Positions 37,153 to 44,879 are shown, counted from the first letter of the stretch. The stretch is 64,000 nucleotides of DNA from Acidimicrobiales bacterium (GCA_036279475.1 DASUJB010000147.1:1070-65069); one strand, 5' to 3'. Numbers and translations: made by a program. The notes: generated by a model not told the origin, from the letters alone.

Positions 37153-38040
37153 TCAACCTCCTGCCGGCGCCGGTGCCGGCGCGTTCCGGTGCTGGGCGGC
37201 TCGCTGGTCTCGCCGGTGCAGCATGACGCACAGCAAACCGACCATCATCCCGGAACCGGTGGTGATGAGGGCGGCGGGGAGCCGCCGCTGCCCGATGTCA
37301 CGCTCGAGGATGACCGAGATGGTCTGTGCATCCTCGTCCGCCTCGGGCGGAGGGGCGGGCTGGCCGGGCTCGGGCTCCCCCTGCTCACGGGCCGGCTTCA
37401 GTTGGACGATCGCGTAGTGGGGCGGGTGGGTCACGCGCAGGGTGTTGGTGATGCGGTTCGTGACCCGGTCGATGACGGCGTCGCTCTCCCGCTCCGGCTT
37501 CCCGCCCGTCTCGAACGCGTAGGTGAACACCCGGCTGTTGGCGTCCTCCAGCCCGGGGACGGCCCCCTCGGCCAGGAGGGCGTCCACCGCCGTCTGCGCC
37601 TCGCCCCGGGAGGCGTCCGACGCGTCCAGCAGCTTCCAGTCACCCAGGTCGTCGTCATGCTCCTCGGTGACCCGCTCCAGCTCCTCCGGCGACAGCTCGT
37701 CGATCTTCGACGGCGGCGGGAGCGAGGACGGGTCCAGCTCGTGGGCCTCGTCCAGGGTGGAGTTGTCGAGGTCGCCGTAGACGATCTCGGTGACCTCCCA
37801 GGCCGGGGCCCGCCCGGCCGGCCCCTGCCCCGGCGGGTACAGCCACCACACCGTGCCGTGGATGGTGAGCCAGGCGAAGACGCCCGTCAGCGCCACCAGG
37901 AAGCCCAGCCGGTGGGCGAGGTTGGTGGCGAGCAGCAGGTACACCGAGCCCATCAGCACCAGGACGCCGGTGGCCACGGCCAGGATGCCGCGGATCTGCG
38001 GGTCCCAGGCGATGCCGGCCAGGGTGGTGACGATGTGCAC
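37153..38040 (-). CDS. membrane protein of unknown function, last gene of the Rieske/cyt b operon
   Basis: 295 aa. The GTG at 38040 lies 1 nt after the cytochrome c stop. It has three N-terminal TM helices, an acidic ~170-aa soluble region and one C-terminal TM helix. I recognise no domain. Confidence 0.6.
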   Translation of the reverse strand: MHIVTTLAGIAWDPQIRGILAVATGVLVLMGSVYLLLATNLAHRLGFLVALTGVFAWLTIHGTVWWLYPPGQGPAGRAPAWEVTEIVYGDLDNSTLDEAHELDPSSLPPPSKIDELSPEELERVTEEHDDDLGDWKLLDASDASRGEAQTAVDALLAEGAVPGLEDANSRVFTYAFETGGKPERESDAVIDRVTNRITNTLRVTHPPHYAIVQLKPAREQGEPEPGQPAPPPEADEDAQTISVILERDIGQRRLPAALITTGSGMMVGLLCVMLHRRDQRAAQHRNAPAPAPAGG

Positions 38041-38041
38041 G

Positions 38042-39283
38042 TCAGCCCTCTTCCTTCTCGAGCTGGGCCTGGATCTGGCTGACCGAGGGTGCCCCCTTGG
38101 GGTTGGGCGTCTCCGAGGCGGGCAGGGTGGCCTCGTAGCGGGCGATGGCCGCCACCATCTCCGGGGTCAGCATGCCGTCCCCCTCCACCTCCTCGGTGTT
38201 GGGGTTGTCGGCGAACCCGGGCATCCGGCCGCTGCCGATCCCGTTGTTGCCGTACGGCTCCCCGTCGATGCTGCCCTGGGACACGAAGCCCACCAGCTCC
38301 GTGTAGTCGGCGAACTGCCGGGGGATGAGGCCGCCCGTCAGGTTGGGGCCGAGGGCACCACTGCCATCGGGGAACCCGACGTACACGCCCTCGAGGGGGG
38401 CGTCCGGCGGCTGCACCACGTCCTCCCCCGTGCGGATGATCGACCAGCCCCGGGTGTGGCAACGGGCGCAGGCGAAGGCGCCACCCGAGGTCTCCAGGTT
38501 GAACAGCGTCCGGCCCACCTGGGGGTCGTCGTAGTCGAGGCCCTTGATGGCGGCGTCCATCTCGGCCTTGCTCGCTCCCTCGTCGACCAGCCCGAGCTGC
38601 TCGACCAAGCCTTCCTCGGCCTCACGCTGTGCCTGGGCCGGCGACAGCTGGATGGACTCGAGGTAGTCGACGAGGTTGCTGACCTGCTGCTCGTTGAGCG
38701 GGCCCTTGTTGACCGATGCGCCCCATCCCGCCATCGGCGAGAACGGGCGGCCGTAGTTGATGATGTACTCCACCTCGTCGCGCGAGAAGCGGAGCAGCAC
38801 CGTGTCGAGGGCGGGTGCCCGCCAGGTGACGGTGGCGACGAACTCCCCGTCAGCGTTGGTGACGGTGTACGGCGCCTGGCCGCCCGTGCCCTCGGGGCCG
38901 TGGCAGTTCTGGCACTGGGAGCCGGTGACGTACAGCTCCTCGCCCCGGCTGGCGAACACGCGCTCGAAGTTCTCGACGGCCCCCGACTGCCGGCCCGGCT
39001 CGGCCAGCCAGTAGAGCGGTAGCGCCACGGCGATGACGACGAGGAGCACGAGGGCCCACCGCAGCGTGCGGTTGAGCACGGTCGTCTCGAGCGTCTCGTC
39101 GTCGTGGTAGGGCCTCCGGTTGGGAGCGAGCTCGATCTCCGAGCCGGTCTCCGGGCGGCCGGCGCGGAGGTTTGCCACCACGTACGCCAACAACCCGAGG
39201 AGGAGCAGCACCACCAGCGTGGCGCCGATCGTCGTGACCGTGCTGGCTGCCAGCACGGCCGGCGAGATGGACAGGGGGCTCAT
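38042..39283 (-). CDS. membrane-anchored di-haem c-type cytochrome
   Basis: ORF 38042..39766 trimmed to the ATG at 39283, giving 413 aa. It overlaps the Rieske stop as ATGA. It has two N-terminal TM helices and two haem-c motifs, CQNCH and CARCH. Confidence 0.85.
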   Translation of the reverse strand: MSPLSISPAVLAASTVTTIGATLVVLLLLGLLAYVVANLRAGRPETGSEIELAPNRRPYHDDETLETTVLNRTLRWALVLLVVIAVALPLYWLAEPGRQSGAVENFERVFASRGEELYVTGSQCQNCHGPEGTGGQAPYTVTNADGEFVATVTWRAPALDTVLLRFSRDEVEYIINYGRPFSPMAGWGASVNKGPLNEQQVSNLVDYLESIQLSPAQAQREAEEGLVEQLGLVDEGASKAEMDAAIKGLDYDDPQVGRTLFNLETSGGAFACARCHTRGWSIIRTGEDVVQPPDAPLEGVYVGFPDGSGALGPNLTGGLIPRQFADYTELVGFVSQGSIDGEPYGNNGIGSGRMPGFADNPNTEEVEGDGMLTPEMVAAIARYEATLPASETPNPKGAPSVSQIQAQLEKEEG

Positions 39284-40146
39284 CAGTGGCCGCCGCCTCC
39301 AGAGACGCAGTGGGGGCCCTCGGCCTCTTGGCCGGTGGTGTTGGTACCGATCGGCGGGCCCTCGACGATGGTGCCCGTGTCGACCGTGAACTGGCCGCCG
39401 TTCACCTCCATGGCGAAGCGGTCCATGCCTCGCGGCGCCGGTCCGCCCTTCTTCTCGCCGACGCGGTTGTACTGCGAGCCGTGGCAGCCGCACTCGAACC
39501 ACTGCGAGGACAGGCACTGGGGCACCCGGCAGCCGAGGTGGGGGCACTTTTGGTACAGGGCCACCAGGCCCGCCTCCATGCCCGCCAGCTCTGGCGGGGA
39601 GTAGACGGACCTCGCCTTGTCCAGGGCGTCCGCCGGGTACCGGGTCACCCACATGCGGCCCTCCGGGTAGTAGGCGAACCCGTCGCCCTCGTCGATGGCG
39701 GCCTCGATGTCGGTGATCTTGCCGACGTTGATCTTGGTGCCGAACCCGCCCACCCCGCTGGGCCACAGGAAGGCGAGGACACCGGCACCGAAGCCGGAGA
39801 TCCCCAGGAGGAACGACACGACGATCGACCGGTTGAAGAACTGCCGCCGCGTCACCCCCAGCGTCTCCTCGTCCGGGGGCACCCAGGCGACGGGTGGCTC
39901 GCCCGCCCTCGCCGGTGCCGACGACTCGCGGCGGGCCACGACGGCGGCGCGCTCGACCTCGCGACCGCTGGCCGGCCGGTCCTCCTCCGACAGCTCGACG
40001 GGCCCGCGGTCACGGCGGGCCGTCTCGCTGGACAGGACGCCCCGGGCGGCGCCGGTGTCGCGCCGACGGGCCGAGGCCAGCAGCAGCACGCCGGCCAGGA
40101 CGACGAGGACGGGGACGGCGATGAGGATGATCGTCGTTGGACTCAT
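39283..40146 (-). CDS. Rieske [2Fe-2S] subunit of a Rieske/cytochrome b complex
   Basis: 287 aa with the cluster boxes CPHLGC and CGCHGS. It has an internal twin-arginine motif (TRRQFFNRS) before the second TM helix and an extra N-terminal TM helix. Confidence 0.9.
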   Translation of the reverse strand: MSPTTIILIAVPVLVVLAGVLLLASARRRDTGAARGVLSSETARRDRGPVELSEEDRPASGREVERAAVVARRESSAPARAGEPPVAWVPPDEETLGVTRRQFFNRSIVVSFLLGISGFGAGVLAFLWPSGVGGFGTKINVGKITDIEAAIDEGDGFAYYPEGRMWVTRYPADALDKARSVYSPPELAGMEAGLVALYQKCPHLGCRVPQCLSSQWFECGCHGSQYNRVGEKKGGPAPRGMDRFAMEVNGGQFTVDTGTIVEGPPIGTNTTGQEAEGPHCVSGGGGH

Positions 40147-40164
40147 GGCTGGTGTCCTTTCCGA

Positions 40165-40947
40165 TCAGAGCTCGAAGAACAGCCCGGCGTTCCAGGGGAA
40201 CACGAAGTTCTGGCCGGGACCCCGGAAGAACGAGCCGATCATCACGAGGGTCGCCCACGCCATCAGGAAGATGGTGAACAGCGAGATGGCGAACTTGCGG
40301 TCCTCGGGCTTGTTGGACGGGTTGCGATCCGTGTACGGCGTGAGGACCAGGCCGATCAGGCCGAAGCCCGGCAGCGTCACGCCCGCGACCATGGGGTGGA
40401 ACATGGTCAGCATCTCCTGCAGGCCGAGGAAGTACCACGGGGCCTTGGAGGGGTTCGGCGTCTCGTTGATGTTGGCCAGCGCCAGCAGGGGAGCGTTGAC
40501 GAACACCGAGAAGAGCAGGAGGAAGGCGGTGATGGCCAGCGCCGCCACGAACTCGATGCTGAGGAGGTGGGGCCAGACGTGGACCTTGTCCTGGGGGACC
40601 GCCTTCACGTCCTGGATCGACCCGGACTTGACCACGGTCAGGAGGCGCTGGGTGTGGCCGCCGGGACCGGTGGCCACCGGCGGGGCGGCGACGGCGGGAG
40701 CGGCCGTCGCCACGGCGGTGGCGGCGCCGCCACCGCCGGACGAGCTGGCGCCGCCGGCCTTGGCCGCCTTGGACCGCTCGAGGAGGTGGGCCGGGATGCG
40801 GCTCGCCGCCTCGCTCGTGGCGCCGGTCTCGCCCGCGCCGCCGGTCTCGCTGGCCGCCGGGGTGCCGGCGCCGCCGGCCTTGGCCGCCGCCGCCTTCTTG
40901 CGGGCCTCCTCGGCCCGCTTGCGGAGATGTTCGGGGATCTCGGTCAC
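40165..40947 (-). CDS. cytochrome b C-terminal domain protein (b6f subunit IV / PetD-like) with a ~110-aa N-terminal extension
   Basis: 260 aa, GTG start at 40947. The C-terminal 150 aa align by eye with subunit IV (VWPHLL..., NPSKAPWYFLGLQE). The N-terminus carries two IP(E/A)HL...AAKAGGA modules. Confidence 0.85.
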   Translation of the reverse strand: MTEIPEHLRKRAEEARKKAAAAKAGGAGTPAASETGGAGETGATSEAASRIPAHLLERSKAAKAGGASSSGGGGAATAVATAAPAVAAPPVATGPGGHTQRLLTVVKSGSIQDVKAVPQDKVHVWPHLLSIEFVAALAITAFLLLFSVFVNAPLLALANINETPNPSKAPWYFLGLQEMLTMFHPMVAGVTLPGFGLIGLVLTPYTDRNPSNKPEDRKFAISLFTIFLMAWATLVMIGSFFRGPGQNFVFPWNAGLFFEL

Positions 40948-40963
40948 GTCGCCTACCTGGTCT

Positions 40964-41755
40964 CTACAGCGGCCCGGAGATGCCGCCGTCCTTGCGGACC
41001 CGCCAGAAGTGGACGGCCATGAAGATCACGATGACGAAGGGCAGCATCAGCACGTGGAGCACGTACCAGCGGAGGAGCGTGTCCGTGCCGATCTCGGCCC
41101 CGCCCAGCAGCACGAAGCGGACCTGGTTCCCGAACACGGGGGTGTACCCCATCATGTTGGTGCCCACGGTGACCGCCCACAGGGCGAGCTGGTCCCACGG
41201 CAGCAGGTAGCCGGTGAACGACAGCAGCAGGGTGAGCGTGAGGAGGACCACGCCGATCACCCAGTTGAACTCCCGCGGTGGCTTGTAGGCGCCGTGGTAG
41301 AAGACGCGTGCCATGTGCAGGAACACGGAGATCACCATCAGGTGCGCCGCCCACCTGTGCATGTTTCGCACCAGCAGCCCGAAGGTGACGGAGGTCTGCA
41401 GCGTGTAGATGTCGTCCCACGCCTGGGCAGCCGTGGGCCGGTAGAAGAACATCAGGAAGATGCCCGTGACCGTGAGCAGGATGAACAGGAAGAAGCTCAG
41501 GCCGCCCAGGCAGAGCGTGTAGCTCACCTTCACCGCGTGCCTCTTCACCTTCACCGGGTGGAGGTGGTAGAGGACGCTGTTCATGATCACGTAGGACCGG
41601 TTCCTGGGGCTGTCGTTGTAGCCCTTGCGGAAGATCGAGCCCGGACGGAAGATCGAGTTCCACGCCTGTGAGCCCTGGACCTGGTCGGGCAGGCCCTTGA
41701 CGAACTGTTGCGCCCGGTCCCTCAGCGGCGGCTTGGATTCCATGGTCTTGGCCAA
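40964..41755 (-). CDS. cytochrome b6-type protein (cytochrome b N-terminal four-helix domain)
   Basis: 263 aa. The TTG at 41755 lies 5 nt after GGAGA. Haem-b histidine pairs are present ([40 protein letters not shown]). The segment YTLCLGG...FFYRPT aligns with the b6 haem-ci cysteine segment. Confidence 0.9.
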   Translation of the reverse strand: MAKTMESKPPLRDRAQQFVKGLPDQVQGSQAWNSIFRPGSIFRKGYNDSPRNRSYVIMNSVLYHLHPVKVKRHAVKVSYTLCLGGLSFFLFILLTVTGIFLMFFYRPTAAQAWDDIYTLQTSVTFGLLVRNMHRWAAHLMVISVFLHMARVFYHGAYKPPREFNWVIGVVLLTLTLLLSFTGYLLPWDQLALWAVTVGTNMMGYTPVFGNQVRFVLLGGAEIGTDTLLRWYVLHVLMLPFVIVIFMAVHFWRVRKDGGISGPL

Positions 41756-41765
41756 CTGGGGTCTC

Positions 41766-42182
41766 CTATCCCAACCGCATGCCGTAGCCGTACCCGTGGC
41801 TGCTGGTGCGCTGGTGGGCGTCGCCGGTGGCGGCGGGGTCCCCCACCTTGCCGAGGATGATCACGCCCGTGGGGCACCGGTCGACGCACAGGGCGCAGCG
41901 GGTGCAGACGTCGTCGTCGATGGTGAAGATGACGTGGTCGGACGGATCGATGCCCGGCTGGTCGACGCCCAGCGCCTCGTCGACCGCGTCGGGCGACACC
42001 ATGTGGATGCACTTCCACGGGCAGATGTCGACGCAGCCCTCGCACATGATGCACTCGGACTGGTCGATGTGGATGAACTGCTTCGGCTTGACCGCCTTCG
42101 ACAGCCAGCCCGCGTCGACCTCCTGGAGGACGTAGTCGTCGCGGAACTCGGGCATCGGTGGGTTGGCATCGACCTTGGCCAT
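41766..42182 (-). CDS. soluble 2x[4Fe-4S] ferredoxin-domain protein inside the Rieske/cyt b operon
   Basis: ORF 41766..42455 trimmed to the ATG at 42182, which follows GAGGAAGGG, giving 138 aa. It has the motifs [12 protein letters not shown] and [12 protein letters not shown], and no TM helix or signal peptide. Confidence 0.8.
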   Translation of the reverse strand: MAKVDANPPMPEFRDDYVLQEVDAGWLSKAVKPKQFIHIDQSECIMCEGCVDICPWKCIHMVSPDAVDEALGVDQPGIDPSDHVIFTIDDDVCTRCALCVDRCPTGVIILGKVGDPAATGDAHQRTSSHGYGYGMRLG

Positions 42183-42184
42183 GC

Positions 42185-42598
42185 CTATCCCTTCCTCACC
42201 AGGGGCCGGCCGTAGCGCGACGCGGGGATCTCGGCCGGCTTCTTCTTCCCCCGGTCGTTCCACACGGCCCACAGCGTGATGTGCAGCGTCAGCCCCACGC
42301 CGTAGATCACGACGGCGACGACGTCGGCGAGCGTCTTGTAGCTGATGGTGAGCGGCTGGTTGCCCGTCGGCTCGGCGATGAGGCGGTCGGACCGCCAGCC
42401 GAGCTGTCCCTCGGCCCATTGGAGCCACTGGTGGGGGATCACCCCGTACCACCACAGGAAGAGGAACATCGTCACCAGGGCGGCTGCCATCGCCTCGCCC
42501 CAGGACAGGGGGGCACCCGCCGGGCGGCGCCGGCCGTAGGCGAGGACACCGGCGACACCGCCGAAGCCCACAAGGATGGTGCAGATGAAGGCGACCAA
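42185..42598 (-). CDS. small three-TM membrane protein of unknown function, first gene of the Rieske/cyt b operon
   Basis: This is the frame of ORF 42185..42661. I prefer the TTG at 42598 (137 aa, GAGGAG upstream) because a Rex-like palindrome lies at 42615-42632. The GTG at 42661 is the alternative. The stop lies 2 nt before the ferredoxin ATG. Confidence 0.5.
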   Translation of the reverse strand: MVAFICTILVGFGGVAGVLAYGRRRPAGAPLSWGEAMAAALVTMFLFLWWYGVIPHQWLQWAEGQLGWRSDRLIAEPTGNQPLTISYKTLADVVAVVIYGVGLTLHITLWAVWNDRGKKKPAEIPASRYGRPLVRKG

Positions 42599-42614
42599 GG
42601 GACCTAGCGACTCC

Positions 42615-42632
42615 TCGTGAAATCGCTCACAT
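42615..42632. promoter_or_regulatory. candidate Rex operator (ROP-like palindrome) in front of the Rieske/cyt b-nuo transcription unit
   Basis: TCGTGAAATCGCTCACAT matches TTGTGAA-N4-TTCACAA at 11 of 14 specified positions by my alignment. A further TGTGAAC half-site lies on the minus strand at about 42692-42698. The region is the divergent intergenic between the operon and the cytochrome c gene. Confidence 0.4.
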
Positions 42633-42809
42633 TGAAGCAGCCGCCCATGGGGACCGGCCACCTCGGCAGGTTTAGCACGGGCCTTCCGAGGCGTTCACAT
42701 TGGCGCCGGGCACCGGGACGGGCCGCCGACCTGCACTTCCGGGAGCTTGGTGGCGACCGACGGCGCATGCGTAGAGTGGCCGATCGGAGAGCCGTCCGCG
42801 GAGGCAGCG

Positions 42810-43568
42810 TTGACCGAGATCCCCGAGCACCTTCTCAAGCGCTCCCGCGAGCGCCGCGCCGCCGTGGGCCGGGGCGGCGACACCCCCGAGGAGAGCTCGA
42901 GCGGGGCCGGCGGTCCGTCCCCGACGGCGCCCGCCCCCGGCGCCGGCGTGGCGCCCGCCGCCGTCCCACCCCCCGCCGTGGAGGAGGCGCCCGCCCCTCC
43001 GCCCCCCGAGCCCGCCTACGTGCAGGCGGCCCGTCGACGCAAGCGGGTGCCCTACTGGGCCACGGCGGCCCTCGCCATCCTGCCGCTGTGGGGCTACGTC
43101 TACGTGCGGACCCTCGAGCCCCCGCCGGCCGGCGAGGACGACCCGCTCACCCTGGGCGGCGAGGTGTACTCCGGCAACTGCGCCTCGTGCCACGGTGCCA
43201 CCGGTGGCGGGGGCGCCGGCGCCCAGCTCTCCGACGGCGAGGTGACGGCCAACTGGCCGGACTGGCGGGACCAGGCGGCATGGGTCCGCCTCGGCTCCGC
43301 CGACTACCCCGCGCCCACCTACGGCGCCCTCGACAGGCCCACCGGCGGCCTCGGGACCATGCCGGCCTGGCCCACGCTCACCGACCAGCAGATCGCCGAG
43401 GTCGTCCTGTACGAGCGGTCGCTGGCCGGTGACGAGGACGTGACCGAGGCCAACCCCGACTACGAGGAGCTCTACGCGGTGGCACGCGGAGAGACGACCC
43501 TCGCCGAGGTGGGCCTCGGTCCCCTGTCGGAGGCAGCCGGCGTGACCGAGGACCAGCTGGGCGGCTGA
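42810..43568 (+). CDS. membrane-anchored mono-haem class I c-type cytochrome
   Basis: ORF 42747..43568 trimmed to the TTG at 42810, which lies 5 nt after GGAGG (42800-42804), giving 252 aa. It has the N-terminal TEIPEHLLKRS motif, one TM helix (VPYWATAALAILPLWGYVYV) and the haem motif CASCH. Confidence 0.8.
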   Translation: MTEIPEHLLKRSRERRAAVGRGGDTPEESSSGAGGPSPTAPAPGAGVAPAAVPPPAVEEAPAPPPPEPAYVQAARRRKRVPYWATAALAILPLWGYVYVRTLEPPPAGEDDPLTLGGEVYSGNCASCHGATGGGGAGAQLSDGEVTANWPDWRDQAAWVRLGSADYPAPTYGALDRPTGGLGTMPAWPTLTDQQIAEVVLYERSLAGDEDVTEANPDYEELYAVARGETTLAEVGLGPLSEAAGVTEDQLGG

Positions 43569-43613
43569 CGGCCCGGCCGTCGATCCCCCTGGCCTCCCCC
43601 TAGCCTGAGGCAC

Positions 43614-44879
43614 ATGAGCCAGCCGCACCGGCACGACGTCCTTGTCATCGGCGGCGGGCCGGCCGGAGCGGCGGCCGGCTTCTGGCTGGCCAAGGCCGGC
43701 CGTGACGTCTGCGTCGTCGAGCGCAAGTCCTTCCCCCGGGACAAGACCTGCGGTGACGGGCTGACCCCCCGGGCCGTCCACCAGCTGCGCGCCATGGGGT
43801 TGGAGGCCGCCATCGCCGCCCGGCACCACCGCCACGACGGCCTGCGGGCCGTCGCCCACGGCATCACCCTCGAGCTGCCCTGGCCCGAGCACCCCGTGTT
43901 CCCCGACTACGGCTACGTGGTGCGCCGCCGCGACCTGGACCAGTTGGTGGCGGAGCACGCCGCCGGAGCGGGCGCCACCGTCCTCACCGCCACCGAGGCG
44001 GTGAGGCCACTGCTGCACGACGGCCTGCTGACGGGCGCGCTGGTGAAGCACGCGACCAGTGGCGACGTTCGCCCGCTGCGCGCCCGCTACGTCATCGTCG
44101 CCGACGGCTCGCTCTCGCGGTTCGGGCGGGCCCTGGGCGCGGCCCGGAACAAGGCCTACCCGCAGGGCATCGCCATCCGCACCTACTTCGAGAGCCCTCG
44201 CTCCACCGACCCCTGGATCGAGTCGTGCCTCGACGTCCGGGATCGGGACGGGGCGTCGATGCCCGGCTACGGCTGGATCTTCCCCTTGGGCGACGGCACC
44301 ATCAACGTGGGCATCGGCCTCCTGTCCACGTTCAAGGGCTACAAGGACGTCAACACCACCCACCTCATGGGGGAGTGGGCCGCCACCGCCCCCCGGCGCT
44401 GGGGCATCGACCCCGACGCCATGCTGGCCCCCCCCACCGGCGGCCGCCTCCCCATGGCCGGATCGGTGAACCCCAAGGCCGGGCCCAACTGGCTGCTCGT
44501 CGGGGACGCCGCCGGCTCGATCAACCCGTTCAACGGCGAGGGCATCGACTACGCCTACGAGACCGCTCACCTGGCGGCCGAGCTGGTGGACGAGGCGCTG
44601 GCCGCCGGTACCGGTGCCCCCCTCCAGCGCTACACCACCCTGCTCGACGAGGAGTACGGGCTCTACTTCAGGGTGGCCCGGAACTTCGCCCGCATCATCG
44701 GCCAACCGGCGCTGATGCGGGAGCTCACCCGCGTCGGCATGCGATCCCGCTCGCTCATGGAGTGGGTCCTGCGCATCATGGCCAACCTGCTGCGCGACGA
44801 CGAGCTGGGGCCGGCCGAGGCCGCCTACCGGTCCGTCGCCCGCCTCGCCCGGCTGGTGCCCGAGCCCGTCCCGTCCTGA
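43614..44879 (+). CDS. geranylgeranyl reductase family FAD-dependent oxidoreductase (MenJ-like menaquinone side-chain reductase candidate)
   Basis: 421 aa, with VLVIGGGPAGAAAG, KTCGDGLTP and GDAAGSINPFNGEGI. Confidence 0.8.
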   Translation: MSQPHRHDVLVIGGGPAGAAAGFWLAKAGRDVCVVERKSFPRDKTCGDGLTPRAVHQLRAMGLEAAIAARHHRHDGLRAVAHGITLELPWPEHPVFPDYGYVVRRRDLDQLVAEHAAGAGATVLTATEAVRPLLHDGLLTGALVKHATSGDVRPLRARYVIVADGSLSRFGRALGAARNKAYPQGIAIRTYFESPRSTDPWIESCLDVRDRDGASMPGYGWIFPLGDGTINVGIGLLSTFKGYKDVNTTHLMGEWAATAPRRWGIDPDAMLAPPTGGRLPMAGSVNPKAGPNWLLVGDAAGSINPFNGEGIDYAYETAHLAAELVDEALAAGTGAPLQRYTTLLDEEYGLYFRVARNFARIIGQPALMRELTRVGMRSRSLMEWVLRIMANLLRDDELGPAEAAYRSVARLARLVPEPVPS

